A DNA stretch of 64,000 bases from Octopus sinensis. Its lineage: Eukaryota. Positions 49,285 to 62,989 of this stretch are shown piece after piece (the first letter of the stretch is position 1; the number at the start of each line of letters is the position of its first letter). The notes under the pieces were generated by a model. The model did not search any database. It was not told the DNA's origin and was given only the letters and a program-made list of their open reading frames with translations. The stretch spans positions 69,006,001 to 69,070,000 of the forward strand of contig NC_042999.1 of the NCBI RefSeq assembly GCF_006345805.1, in the 5' to 3' direction. The translations under genes and the position numbers were made by a program.

Positions 49285-50989
49285 GCACAAATCAAAATCG
49301 AAATCGATCAACATCAATGGAAATTGCAGCTGTGATACCAGTGCCGGTGGTACGTAAGAGAACCATCCGAACGTGGCCGTTGCCAGTGCTGCCCCGACTG
49401 GCCTCGTGCCGGTGGCACGTAAAAAGCACCATCCGATCGTGGCCATTGCCAGCCTCGTCTGGCACGTAAAAAGCACCCACTACACTCACGGAGTGGTTGG
49501 CGTTAGGAAGGGCATCCAGCTGTAGAAACATTGCCAGATCAGACTGGTCCTGGTGCAGCCTTCTGGCTTCCCAGACCCCAGTTGAACCATCCAACCCATG
49601 CTAGCATGGAAAGCGGACGCTAAATGATGATGATGATGATGATGATGATACACACACACAAATATGTACCATAAGCATTATTTTTACAGTGTATATATTT
49701 ACAATATTTATATATACATTATTTAGCAGTATTTTTCCTCTTGTTTCAGTCATCAGACTGTGGCCATGCAGGAGCACTGCCTTGAAGAAGTTTCACTTGA
49801 ATGAATTGACCTCAATACTTATTTCTTTTTTGTTCAACCACTAAGTTATGGGGATGTAAACACACCAACACTGGTTGTCAAAGATCGGTGGAGGACAAAC
49901 ACAAGACACACACACACACACACACACACGTATTCTGAGTTTAAATGCTGCCAAGGTTAACTTTATCTTTCAGGTCAATGAAATAAAGTAAAAGTCAAGT
50001 GCTGGAGTTAATGTAATTGACTTATCCCCTCCCCCCAGAATTGCTGGCCTTGAGCCCTGCAAGATACTGGTGTGGGAATACTTTAATGAGGGAATGTTGT
50101 GATCTCAGCCACTTAAATGCCATGGAAAACAGATAACTGATCTTATGAATCATGGCGCTCAAGAACAGTATAACCCCCACCCCCGTATGCATGTGTGTGT
50201 GTGCATGTGTCTTCTTAATATCAGAGATAAGACAACTAGTGTAATCAAAAATTAAGCCACAACACAAATAAAAATACTGTAAACATACTAAGAAAATTAA
50301 TGTCATCTCAGCTCAAACATTTAAACAATTTCCTGTTGGTCAGGAAACATAAGATAAGCGAGTGTAGGATTTAGTTCCTCGTCCTTATTCCCTCAATTTA
50401 TCAACCAAACTTTTCAAATGTCCACACTGTAAATCTGTCTTTGAAACCTTCAGGGTTGCGGGTTAACTTCTATTTAATTTATGGGTTAGACAAAAAAAAA
50501 AATTGAATGATGAATTTTATTTGTAATTATAGAGTAAAATACACATATCAGCCATTCATCATGTGATCATGTGATCAACCAGACTATTGGATGTTGTTAT
50601 ATTATACATCGCTGGTCACATTGTGCTTTGCATAATTTTAGTTTTTGAATGATGCCACTCTATTGGCTAGGTAACCAGGTCAACATTCCCTCTGATTGGA
50701 AGGCTACTGTCACACGATAACCCCATTACAGCTGAGTGGACTGGAGCAACACAACACACAGCCAGTATGGGAATTGAAACTGCAATCTCATGATTGTGAG
50801 TGCAACACACCTAGCCACTAAGCCATGCATGCCCGCATTAGACATTCATAAACACAGAAAATTTGTTAACTTCATTTAATCATTATTTCAGGTCAAAAGA
50901 TTTCATCACAAAATCTGCAACCTGGTCACCAACACAGTTCCACAGTAACTGGTCTGAGACGAGGTTGTTGGCCAGTATACACATGGCTT

Positions 50990-52625
50990 CATCATCATCA
51001 TCATCATCATCATCATTTAATGTCCATTGTCCAAGCTGGCATGGTTTGGATGGTTTGACCAGGGCTGGTAAGCTGAGGGGCGGCACCAGACTGCAATCTG
51101 ATTTGGTATACTTTCTACAGCTGGATTTCCTTCCTCATGCCAACCACTCCGAGAGTGTAATGGATGTTTTACGTGCCATTTGTGTGACACCAGTATCTGC
51201 CACAACTATGATTTCACTTGGGTTTATGGCTCTTCTTTTCGAGCACAGCATATTGCCAAAGGTCTTGGTTGTTTGTCATCACCTCTGTAACACCCAATAC
51301 TTGAAAGGTGATTTTTATGTGCCACCAGCACAGGTGCCAGTTACGCGACACTGGCATCAGCCATGACTATGATTTCACTTAGCTTGATGGGTCTTCTCAT
51401 GCACAGCATATCACCAAAGGTCTCGGTCACTAGTCATTGCCTCCGTGAGGCCCAACGTTCAAAGATCATACTTCACCACCATGCCCCATGTATTTCTGGG
51501 TCTACCTCTTCCACAGGTTCCCTCTATGGTTATAGATCGGCACTTGTTTACACAGCTGTCCTCATTCATGTGCTTCACATGACCATACCAGCACAGTTGT
51601 CTCTCTTGCACACCACATCTGATGCCTCTTATGCCCAACTTTTCTCTCAAGATGCTTACACTCTGTCATACATGCACACTGACATTGCACATCCAGCGAA
51701 GCATGCTAGCTTCATTTCTTTCAGGCCTACACATGTCCTCAGCCCTCACAGCCCATGTTTCACTGCCGTGTAGCACAGCTGTTCACACACAGGCATTATA
51801 CAGTTCGTCTTTCACTCTGCAAAGGAGGCCCTTTGTTACCAACAGAGGTCAGAGCTCTCTGAACTTTGCCCAGCCTATTCTTATTCTCGCAGCTACACTC
51901 TCAGAGCATCCACTTCTGCTACTGACTTGGTCACCTAGGTAATGGAGGCTATCAACTACCTCTAGCTTACCCACCTGGCATTTGACGGAGTCTATTTTCT
52001 GTCCATTTTTAGTGTTTATTGTAACTGTGCACCTTCCACACATGAAAACTATTTTCCCAGTTAACCTTCCACTGATATTGCTGCACCTCTTATGTGTCCA
52101 TAGCTTGCACTTGGTACATCTTATGGGATTTCTGTCTTCACCTTTCCTACAGATCAAGCAGGGCCATCTACCTGAAGGAATTTTTGGTTTGTCTGCCTTC
52201 CTACTTACTAAGACTTTGGTTTTTGCTAGGTGAACTCTAAGGCTCTTCGATTATAGACCTTACTTCCACACCTGAAATCTTCTCTAGTTCTGGTAGTGAT
52301 TCAACAATAAGAACATGGTCATCAGCAGAGAGGAGCTCCCAGGGGCAGCCCATTTTGAATTCCTCTGTTATTGTCTGGAGGACTATGATGAACAAGAGGG
52401 GGGGGGACTGATCACTGGTGAACCCCTACTTGTACCCTGAATTCATCACTATACTTGTTGCCAACCCTGAGCTTACTGACAGCATCCCTGTACATGGCTT
52501 GTACAGCCCTTACCAACCACTCATCTATCCCTAGTTTCAGCCTTGACAACCAGATAAGGGATTGAGGCACTCTGTCAAAGGCTTTCCCCATGTCAACAAA
52601 AGTCAAGTACAGAGGTTTTAAATAC
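50990..52625 (-). mobile_element. RTE-clade LINE, longer decayed fragment (RT, PHD-like finger, C-terminus, 3'UTR)
   Basis: FVDMGKAFDRVP, VGVHQ, CRKG...CTKCKLWTHKRC...CGRC, YLGDQVS and GRGRPRNTW motifs. Confidence 0.87.
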
Positions 52626-52979
52626 AGAGGGGGACAGTCACAATAACATACTAACACACACATATATCTGACAGGCTTCCACACAATTTCCATCTACCAA
52701 ATTCACTCACAAGGCATTGGTCAGCTTGGGGCTATAGTAGAAGACACTTAGACAAGGTGCTGTACAGTGGGACTGAACCTAAAACCATGTGGTGGCAAAA
52801 TGAGCTTCTTAACTACACAGCTATGCCGGTACCCAATAAAAGTGTATGAATTAGTATCTAATTAAAGACGTAATAATCAGACATTCGTTAACATAAATAG
52901 AGGGGAGGAGATGGGGGAGAGAGGGTAGAGGGGGGAGATGTCTTATATGAAAAGAAGCCACCAAAGAATCATTACTCAC

Positions 52980-53044
52980 CCATTTGGTAAAAATGGAGTT
53001 GATGTAGAATTAATCACGCCACTTATCCAAAAACGGTTGGGATC
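52980..53044 (-). CDS. NPL: NPL/DHDPS-family aldolase, first identifiable coding exon (DPNRFWISGVINSTSTPFLPNG)
   Basis: Polypyrimidine acceptor ttttattccttcag and donor GG|gtgagt; 65 nt, ends phase 2. TPF..NG matches the NAL/DHDPS N-terminal strand (human NPL ITPMTENG). No ATG in this exon. Confidence 0.85.
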
Positions 53045-53366
53045 CTGAAGGAATAAAAGAAAAACAAAGTTTATTTTTCAAAAATATCTTTATATATTTA
53101 TTCACGAGTACAACAGAATATGAAAAACAGGAAAAGGTTAGTGACAAGAAGACTCTAAAGTCTTGCATTAAATAAATGTCTGTCAAAAGCCATGCTAGCC
53201 TTGCTGGGAAAACTGACATTAAACAAGGAATGGTAATGTATGAAGCTATCTCCATGATGCTTTATTTTGCCAACATCTATTCAATTTTAGAATGTTACAT
53301 ATAAAAGTTACAAGTTTCTGAAGATTTGGTAATTAGTATTACAAAGTCAGAAAACAACACAGCTCC

Positions 53367-53575
53367 CATGACTTTCGGAAACATTTTTTCATGCTCAGAG
53401 TTGCTGTAGCATGGAATAAACTGCCTGCGTCAGTTGTTGACTGCCGTGACACTGCATCCTTTAAGGCCCTCATGCTTTCCGAAATCCGCCGAAACTACAC
53501 CTGATTATATATACACTTTAGATGAGTTGTAGTGCACCTGAGCACTGTACACAATTATTATTATTATTATTATTA
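53367..53575 (+). mobile_element. CR1-type LINE 3' end
   Basis: FRKHFFMLRVAVAWNKLPASVVDCRDTASFK followed by an (ATT)n tail. Confidence 0.75.
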
Positions 53576-54074
53576 ATAATCACCTTGTGTTAATGAAACA
53601 CACACAAGATGATGTAACTAAATAACTTAGAAACAATCTCTCATGTTTTGTTTCATTTTATATATTTATATATATATATATATATATAGGCACTGGAGTG
53701 GGTGTGTTGTAAGATGCTTGCTCCCAACAATATGGTTCCAGGTTCAGTCCCACTGTATGGCACCTTAGGTAAGTGTCTTCTACTATAGCCCTGAGCTGAC
53801 CAAAGCCTTGTGAGTGGATTTGGTAGACGGAAACTGAAAGAATCCTGCCATATGTGTGTGTGCGTATGTATTTGTGTGTCTGTGTTTGTACCCCCCACCA
53901 TCATCTGACAATCAATGTTGGTGTGTTTACGTCCCCATAACTGATAGAATAAGTACTAGGCTTACAAAGAATAAGTCCTGGGGTTGATTAGTTTGACTGA
54001 AGGCAGCGCTCCAGCATGGCCACAGTCAAATGACTGAAACAAGTAAAAGAGTAAATATGTGCACGTGCATGTGC

Positions 54075-54109
<35 letters not shown>

Positions 54110-54837
54110 CATTTACATATATAAATGTGGTTTTGGTTGTTTTGACTGCTCCTTCTAGCATGTGAGCCTGCCTGTTAAGGGTCGCCTCTTTTGTGTTTAA
54201 ATGTACACTGATTCACTAATTTTATATACATATATATATATATAGGTTTCAAATTTTGGTACAAGGCCCACAATTTCAGGAGAGTGGTGTGGTGGAGGTA
54301 AGTCAATTACATTAACCCCAGTACAAAACTGGTACTTATTTTATCAACTTTGAAAGGATGAAAGGTAAACTTGATACTGGTGGTATATGAACTCTGAAAA
54401 AAGGCCACTAAGCATTTTGTCTGACATGGTAACAGTTTTGCCAGATCACCATATATATATATATAATATATATATGGTGGTGGTTGTCTACTCCTTATGC
54501 AGAGTTTGACCACCTCCTCCTGGACCTACACCTTAGCACCATCATGGCATTTGATGTGACTTTTTAAACCAGACAATGTTCTGAAAGAGACACCCACATA
54601 GACTGCATATCCAATTTGGACCACCAAGAGCTGAAGATAAGTTCTGATCTTTGTGGATCTTAAAACGTCTTTTGAGGCCTCTATTAGATTTGCAGACCTT
54701 CTAGCATATATTACAATGAAAAGCGTGCACAGAATCATATAGTCAGAATAGTTGGTGGAGGTTTGTTTTCCATGGGTTTGCAAATGAGATTTGAGCCCAG
54801 CAAAAAGAACACATGGTCTGTCATAAACATATATATA

Positions 54838-55243
54838 GGCGTAGGAGTGGCTGTGTGGTAAGTAGCTTGCTTACCAACCACATGGTCCCGAGTTCAGTCC
54901 CACTGCATGGCACCTTGGGCAAGTGTCTTCTACTATAGCCTCGGGCCAACCAAAGCCTTGTGAGTGGATTTGGTAGACGGAAACTGAAAGAAGCCCATCG
55001 TATATATGTATATATATATATGTGTGTGTGTGTTTGTGTGTCTGCGTTTGTCCTCCCAACATCGCTTGACAACTGGTGCTGGTGTGTTTACGTCCCCGTA
55101 ACTTAGCGGTTCGGCAAAAGAGACTGATAGAATAAGTACTAGGCTTACAAAGAATAAGTCCTGGGGTCGATTTGCTCGACTAAAGGTGGCGCTATAGCAT
55201 GGCCGCAGTCAAATGACTGAAACAAGTAAAAGAGTAAAAGAGT
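54838..55243 (+). mobile_element. tRNA-derived SINE family B (GGCGTAGGAGTGGCTGTGTGG...AAGAGTAAAAGAG), near full length
   Basis: tRNA-like head, internal (AT/GT)n, conserved tail. Further copies at about 12355-12725, 15358-15750, 53688-54055 and 58960-59520. Confidence 0.85.
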
Positions 55244-55287
55244 ATATATATATACTCATACACACACACACCACACATATATACATA

Positions 55288-55677
55288 CAAGGTCTGATCA
55301 GTAAGTATCTAGACTGTTGCCATGGTCAACAAAGCTAAAGTATGAAGAGTGAAGAAGCCGCTTGGCAAAGATTGACCTTCAGCTCTGCTGTACATGTGCA
55401 CCAAGTTTTAACATTCTAGCTCACTTCCACTGATTACAGCAGTGCTTGGAAGGAAGGTGTGTAACGGGTGATCGATGCAATGACCATGACAGAGACAGTT
55501 GAGCAGAGAATCTGCATCAAATTTTGCCAAAAAAGTTTTAACATTCTGGCTGACTTTCCCTGTTTACAGCATTGCTTGGAATTAAGATGTGTAGCGTGTG
55601 ATTGTCACATTGACCATGACAGAGAAAGTTGTCATGACGATACCTGCTCAGAGACCAATGCAAAGTTGCAGAGAGTG
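55288..55677 (+). mobile_element. Mariner left end, same family
   Basis: TA-CAAGGTCTGATCAGTAAGTATC terminus and MTETVEQRICIKFCQK. Confidence 0.8.
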
Positions 55678-56142
55678 TAACTAACAGCTAAGCCCGGTTT
55701 CACCCGGTCGGTTTGGATGATGTGGCTGTAAAACCTGTTCTGTGTAAGCATTCGACTTGTTTGGGCACACTTATGTTAAACAATTTTAGAATTACTTCTT
55801 TCTGTCAAAACACTAAAAATAACTGACCAACAAAAAAAAACCCAACCAAGATTCAACCAAATCAAAAAATGAACCCAAATACTAAGTGAACAAAGATGAA
55901 CCATACCTCTTCCATTGCACTTACACATGCGCACGCACAAACACACACACACACATTCACCTAACCCCGCTTTACATACACACACATATATTCACTCAGA
56001 GTTGAAACACTGTTTGATTTATTTTTTCAGTGTACAACTTTCATCATCCCATTACCAAGTATGACATCACCCCTTCCTTCCTTATTCATCTATCACCCCT
56101 TCCTTTCTCATTCATAAACACAAGGGTATTATTATAGTAGAT
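55678..56142 (+). mobile_element. Possible non-autonomous Helitron/Helentron-like element
   Basis: 5' ACTAACAGCTAAGCCCGGTTTCACCCGG and 3' TATTATAGTAGAT resemble the termini of such elements. No coding capacity. Confidence 0.45.
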
Positions 56143-56944
56143 TATCTCGGTAACCATGGGAGCAACGAAAAAAATACAACGCCCAAACAATACCACCGGA
56201 TTATTCTATATATCTGTGTAATTTTTCATGCAATTCCACCCAGCTGTTTGACCATGAATACCAAGACAAGAAAGAAGCTCCCATGTCCAGCGCCGCTCTG
56301 ACTGGCCTCGTGCCGGTGGCACGTAAAAAGCACCATCCGTTCGTGTCCGTTGCCAGCCTCGTCTGGCCCCCGTGCCAGTGGCACATAAAAAGCACCATCT
56401 GTTCGTGGCCGTTTGCCAGCTCTGTCTGGCACCTGTGCGGGTGGCACGTAAAAAGCACCCACTACACTCACGGAGTGGTTGGCGTTAGGAAGGGCATCCG
56501 GCCGTAGAAACACTGCCAGATCTGACTAGGCTTGATGAAGCCTTCTGGCTTCACAGACCCCAGTTGAACCGTCCAACCCATGCTAGCATGGAAAACGGAC
56601 GCTAAACGATGATGATGATGATGATGATATAATGTAAATAAGTATTTATGCATGAATGTATGGATATATATAGGGAGGTTCAGTCATAACATCGTGGCCA
56701 AGTGTTTTCAATTTTAGGCTTCAGTTAGACCAATGCCTTGTGAAAGATAATGGCAGAGGGAAAATGTGTAGATGCTCTGTGTGTGTGTGTGTGTGCATGT
56801 CTGGGTTCGTCCCACACCACTGTTTGACAACCAGTTAGTGTGCTTACATCCCCATAACTTAGCGGTTCAGCAAAGAGACCAATAAAATAAGTACCAGGCT
56901 TTAAAAAGTAAGAACCAAGTTCAATTCAGTTAAAAGTTCTTGGT

Positions 56945-57130
56945 TGGTCATGGCGATACCTGCTGAGAGACCTACGCAAAGTTGCAGAAAGCATATGGAG
57001 AGGAGTGTATGAGTCACTCACAAGTGTACGAGTGGTTCAGATGTCTCCAAGATGGACGAAAAAAATGTTCATAGTGATGAACACTCTAGGAGACCCGCAA
57101 CCAGCAGAATTGAGAAAAAACATTGCAGAA
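56945..57130 (+). mobile_element. Mariner transposase internal fragment
   Basis: YAKLQKAYGEECMSHSQVYEWFR.LQDGRK. Confidence 0.75.
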
Positions 57131-60100
57131 GTAGGTGCTCCAGCATAGACACATTGTGATGACTCAAACAAGTAAAAGATAAAAGATAAACCAAATATAT
57201 ATTAATGTTGGAATTTAGCCATAAATTCTTAGAATTATTTTGGTCTCTGGTGATCTTTCTAAACCAATTAATCTTTGAATAGATTTTTCAATACAATTCT
57301 ATATTCTATTCACATTTTGTAAATAGCGAAGTCCATTCCTGTTGTTATTATTATTATTATTATTACTAAATTCTCTTCTCTGAGGTAAATAATTGCAATG
57401 AGCAAATGAAATTTTAATAAATGTTTGGTGATATCTTTTGGCAGTTTGGTTTACATTTAGATTAACCAGAAACATAATCCAGATGCTTCAAACTGACACA
57501 GCCTGGTCTCAGTAAATATGGTAGAAAATTGGTTTCTAATTCTTTTGTTGTTATCTTTTGGAGAAGCTTCAAAACTAATTTTAGCCATAAAAATGCATTT
57601 GCAATGCAGGAAGGAATATCTTGTAAGTGTGATGAACAAAGAGAATAAAAATAACACAGGAGGAACAAATTTTAATAGACATTGCATTAGTTTAGAGCTT
57701 AAAAGGAAGGGAAAGTGTATTGACGCTTCGGACAGTAATCATTCATCAAAAGAAAAGCATAGGAAGGGTGAGAAAGAGGAAAATTGACAAGAAAAAGAAA
57801 CAAAAATTGGTGAGGGGGGATTAAGAAACCAGGTGAGAATGCAGCCATGTGGTGGTGGTGAGTCATGAAGGAAGGAGGAGTGGGGGATGCACAAAAATGC
57901 TAGACCAGGAGGAAAGGTAGTATCTGACCATTGACAGGACCTCCAAGATTGACATGATTACAAAGAATAAGCGCTGGGGTCGATTTGTTCAACTAAAGGC
58001 GGTGTTCCAGCATGGCTACAGTCAAATGACTGAAACATATAAAAGAATAAAAAGAATATTGCTGGTGGAGTGGGGGGGGGTCTGAAGCTAACCCTTCTTT
58101 CTACAAGTCAGAGTCTTTCCAAATGCCAATGAGTTTACAATGTGGACTGGGTGCTTTGAAGTGGCACCTACACTGACAGGGTCACCAAGTACCTTGCAAG
58201 ACTAAAAAAAGAAAAAAGTATTAGTAATGGTGGGAGTGATAGTGAGAGAGGAGGTAGGGGTGAAAGTAGAAGTGAAAGTGATAGCAGTGGTGGCTGTGGT
58301 AGGGGTGACATAATATTCTTTGTGTGTCAGGAAATTGTGTTCAGTGGACCATGACAGGTGACATTGTTAGAATAAATACCAACACATTCCATCTAACACA
58401 TACATGTACAGGGAGACACACGCACACATACATACATCAATACACACACGTCAACACATGCATACACTGCGACCCACACATACACACACACACATGCACA
58501 CAAACACACATACAGAAACACACCAGTATGTAGACATGCAGACACATGCATACACACACATAAACACACTGACACACTCAATGACACAAACACATACATG
58601 GATGCACAAATATGCACGTACTCCCACACACATGTACACCTACATACATACAAAAACATGCAGAAACCAACACATATCCACCAAAATGCTCATATGAACA
58701 CACACATACACACACATACACATTCTCTCTCTCTTTCTCTCACACACACACTTCAATGACGGATTTGATGACTGAATGATCTAGCAAAAGGACTTTGTAT
58801 TTGTGTGTGGTGTGTGTGTGTGTGAAAGAGAGAGAGAGAGAGACAGACAGAGACAGAAATGACATAAATGATGGATGAAGGCAGCTGGGACCACGAGATG
58901 GTGTGATCCTCCCTGTGTAGAACACATTTTTGTTATTCTTTTTTATATTTTTTTGTTTCAGTCATTTGACTGCAGTCATGCTGGAGCACCACCTTTAGTC
59001 AAGCAAATCGACCCCAGGACTTATTCTTTGTAAGCTTAGTACTTATTCTATTGGTCCCTCCTGCTGAACCACTAAGTGATGGGGTGTAAACACACCAGCA
59101 TCGGTTGTCAAGCGATGTTGAGGGGACAAACACACACACACACATATATATAGGATGGGCTTCTTTCAGTTTCCGTCTACCAAATCCACTCACAAGGCTT
59201 TGGTAAGCCTGAGACTATAGTAGAGAACACTTGTGCAAGGTGCCATGCAGTAGGACTGAACCTGGAACCATGTGGTTGGTAAGCAAGCTACTTACTACAC
59301 AGCCACTCCTGTGCCTATATATATATATATACATACACATATATATATATATATATATGACGGGCTTCTTTCAGTTTCCGTTTACCAAATCCACTCACAA
59401 AGCTTCGATCAGTCTGAAGCTATAGTAGAAGACACTTGCCCAAGGTGCCATGCAGTGGGACTGGACCCGGAACCATGTGGTTAGTAAGCAAGCTACTTAC
59501 CACACAGCCACTCCTGTCGTATTTATTTTGTATTTTTCAGTAATTTTTTTAATTAATTTCTAGGGTTGATGCCCTTTGTAATGCCAACTTGTTCACACAC
59601 ACACACCCACACACAAGTATACATCTGACCCCTCTGTGCTTTCTTCTCTCCTTTTCCTACCAAGAGAGCCGTGTATCTCCTCTACAACACAACACGTGTT
59701 TCTGTCCTTCTTTCATGCATCGTTTAGCATCCGCCTTCCATGCTTGCATGTGTGGGATGGTTTTACAGGTGTTGGCCGGGCATAAGCCTACACCAGACTT
59801 CTGTAACTATTTTGGCAAGATTTTTAGAGCTGGATGCCCTTCCTAACACCAACCTTACATGGACTTAGTGCTTTTTACATGGCACAAGAACAGGTGAGGA
59901 CAGTTTTGGCAAGGCTTTCACAGCTGGAAGCTCTTCTAAGTGCCAACCACTTTACAGTGTGAATTGGGTGCATTTTAAGTGGCACCCCTCATCACCTAAT
60001 GTAAAGACACCTCTCTTGATACTACAGAGCCACCCTCACTCATGGGCTTTTGTCTTGCAAGTTACTTGGTAACTTCATTGCTGTTGATGCTACATAAAAA

Positions 60101-60243
60101 ACACCCAGTACACTCTGTGAAGTATTTGGAAATAGGAAATACATCCAGCAGCAGAAATCATGTAGACTCTGGAACATGGTATAGCCTTCTTGCTCAGAAG
60201 CACCAAACACTCCATCTAGCTAATGCTAGCATGGATGCTGCTG

Positions 60244-60308
<65 letters not shown>

Positions 60309-60610
60309 GCATATATATATATTATAGGTGCAAGTGTCTATCGTCATCATCATTTAATGTTGTCCATCGTCCATGCTAGCATGGGTTGGATAGTTTGACC
60401 AGAGCTGGTAAACTGGAAGACTGCACCAGACCCCAGTCTGATTTGGCATGGTTTTCTATGGCTGGATGCCCTTCCTAATGGCAACCACTCCAAGAGTGTA
60501 ATTAATGCTTTTACGTGCCACTGACTCCAGTATCTGTCACGACTGCGATTTTGCTTGGCTTGATGGGTCTTCTTTTCAAGCATGACATAATGCCAAAGGT
60601 CTCAGTCATT

Positions 60611-60869
60611 GCCTCCCTGAGGCCCAACACTCAAAAGGAACTCAGCCACTTTGCTTCCATGAGGCCCAATGTTCGAAAAGCACTCAGCCACTTTGCCTCT
60701 GTGAGGTACAACGCTCAGAAGGAACTCAGTTATTTTGCTTCCATGAGGCCCAACACTCGAAAGGGACTCAGCCACTTTGCCTCTGTGAGGCCCAATACTC
60801 GGAAGGAACTTAGCTTCTTTGCCTCCATGAGGTTCAACATTCAAAAGCAAGCCTCTGTGAGGCCCAACA
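60611..60869. repeat. 42-bp minisatellite (5 full plus 2 partial units)
   Basis: Unit GCCTCYRTGAGGCCCAACACTCRAAAGGAACTCAGCCACTTT. Confidence 0.9.
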
Positions 60870-62989
60870 TATGTATGGTTAAAAAGCTTGCTTTCCAACC
60901 GTGGGGTCTCAAGTTCAATCCCACTGTAGAGCACCAAGAGTCTCCTACTCTAGCCCCAGGTCAAGTGGAGCCTTCTGAAAGGATTTTGCAGAAACAAAGT
61001 GAACGACATCCATCTATTTATGAATATTTATGTGGGTAGACTGGAGCCTGGTGCAGCCTCCTGGCTTCCCATACCCAAGTCGAAATGTCCAACCCATGCC
61101 AACATGGAAAACAGACATTAAACGATGATTATGATGATGATGTACTTTTTCTTCTGATATCATGTCATTGACCATCCCCCCAATTGTGCTGGCTGTTATT
61201 GCAGTGACTCATCCAGCATGGAAAGTGGATGTAAAACATTGATGGTACACACACATATACACACATGCACACAAACACGCGCATGCACACAAGTGGTCAT
61301 CCTCTTCAGTGAGTAAAAAAAGAGCCGGCATGAATAAATATGCATAGTTCTTTAATTAAAGTCTTCCATACATACACATCTGTAATTACAGTGTTCTATA
61401 CTTCCACTTCTTTAATCCAATTGCATATCTGTAATTACAGTCTTCCATACCAGCGCACCTTTAATTACTGTGTTCCATACTTTCACATCTTTAATCCAAT
61501 TTGCGGCTTACATTAGATTGAATAATAACATTGTTTGCAACGTTATTTCAACTCACCACCACCACTACTACTACTGCTGCTGCTGCTACTAACAGTCCGA
61601 GCAAAAGAGGGAGCCTCTACACGGTCACATGACTTGTTAGAAACAACAGCTAAATCAAACCTTCCACCGTTTTAAACAAGGACACACTAGAAAATGTATA
61701 GTCGAAGTTACATCAAAATAATGATATAGTTAGTCATGGCTGGAATGCCTTTGATCATAGGTTTACTCGATCAGGGTTGACCCAGGGCTAAATAATAGCA
61801 GCAACAACAATATAAGATTATACTGCATTAATAATCCCCAAATTAATCACATTTAATGAGGATTAGTAACGTAATCCCTCCCCCGCTTACACACAAACGC
61901 ACAAGCACTCACTTTCTCTCTCTCACACACACACATATACATATACATCCATATACACACACTGAGACACTCATGTATCATTTACATTATATATGTATAC
62001 GCACATGTGTGCGTGTGTGTGCGCGGGCGTGCTTAAACATACACACACACATATATATGTATGCACACATGCACACTTTACATACACGTGTGCGCACGAT
62101 CGCATTACTTTTATGACTGCAATTTACCACGGCCAACAAGATCGGCGTCGCCACCATCACCATCACCGGCATCATCACCATCACCACCACCGCCAACATA
62201 ACCACTACCACCACCACCACCGCCGCCATGTCCATCATTATAACAGGTTTGGCTCGCGACATGAGATTTGTGGAAGGCAGAGAAGAGAGCAACGCGGAGT
62301 TTCTTAAAAGGAAGATCAAAGGGAGAGTTTGGCAGCGAGGTGTATGTGTGTGTGTATGTTTGTTCCCCCACCCCCACAGTCGCTTGACAACAGGTGCTAG
62401 TTTGCTCATGCCCCCCCCCATAGCTTAGCGGTTCGTCAAAAGACACCGGTAGATTAAGTACCAGACTTTTTTTTTTTTAATGAGTACCAGGGTTGCAATT
62501 CGTTCGATAAAAACCCTTCAAGGCAGTGCTCCAGCCTGGCCACCCTGCATCGTATTTACACAAACACACACGCACACACACACACAAGATCGAGAGGGGG
62601 AGAGACAGACAGATTTAGGTGTTTATGTGTAAAAGAGATGTGATGTTCGCATCAATTTTGTAACAGCTCAAGCGTAGCAGCTTCAACGTATATTTAGTGC
62701 ATATGGTGATGATGATGAGGAGGAAGAAGAGGAGGCGAGGAGGGGGAATAAATCAATATCAAGGGAGTTGTTATTTAGCCCTAGGTCAGTCGTGTTTGAG
62801 GAAGCCTATGATGAAAGGCGTTCGTTCGTTGCACTCACGAACATCCGGTATTTTATTCAGTGCACTTAAGACCAGATATTTAGAATCTCCAACCTTTCTT
62901 TTAAAACACAGGAGTATGTGGTCTGAGGGAGATTTAGCTGTTGTTTCTAGGAAATCGAACCACTACTCGCGCGCGCGCGCACATACACA

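Noticed and set aside
57518-57787. 89-aa ORF with a hydrophobic, signal-peptide-like N-terminus
   Set aside because: No recognisable domain or splice context; AT-rich ORFs of this length occur by chance.
59650-59690. QESRVSPLQ resembling the M16 peptidase SVSPLQ motif
   Set aside because: Only five residues match and the flanks do not; not called as an exon.
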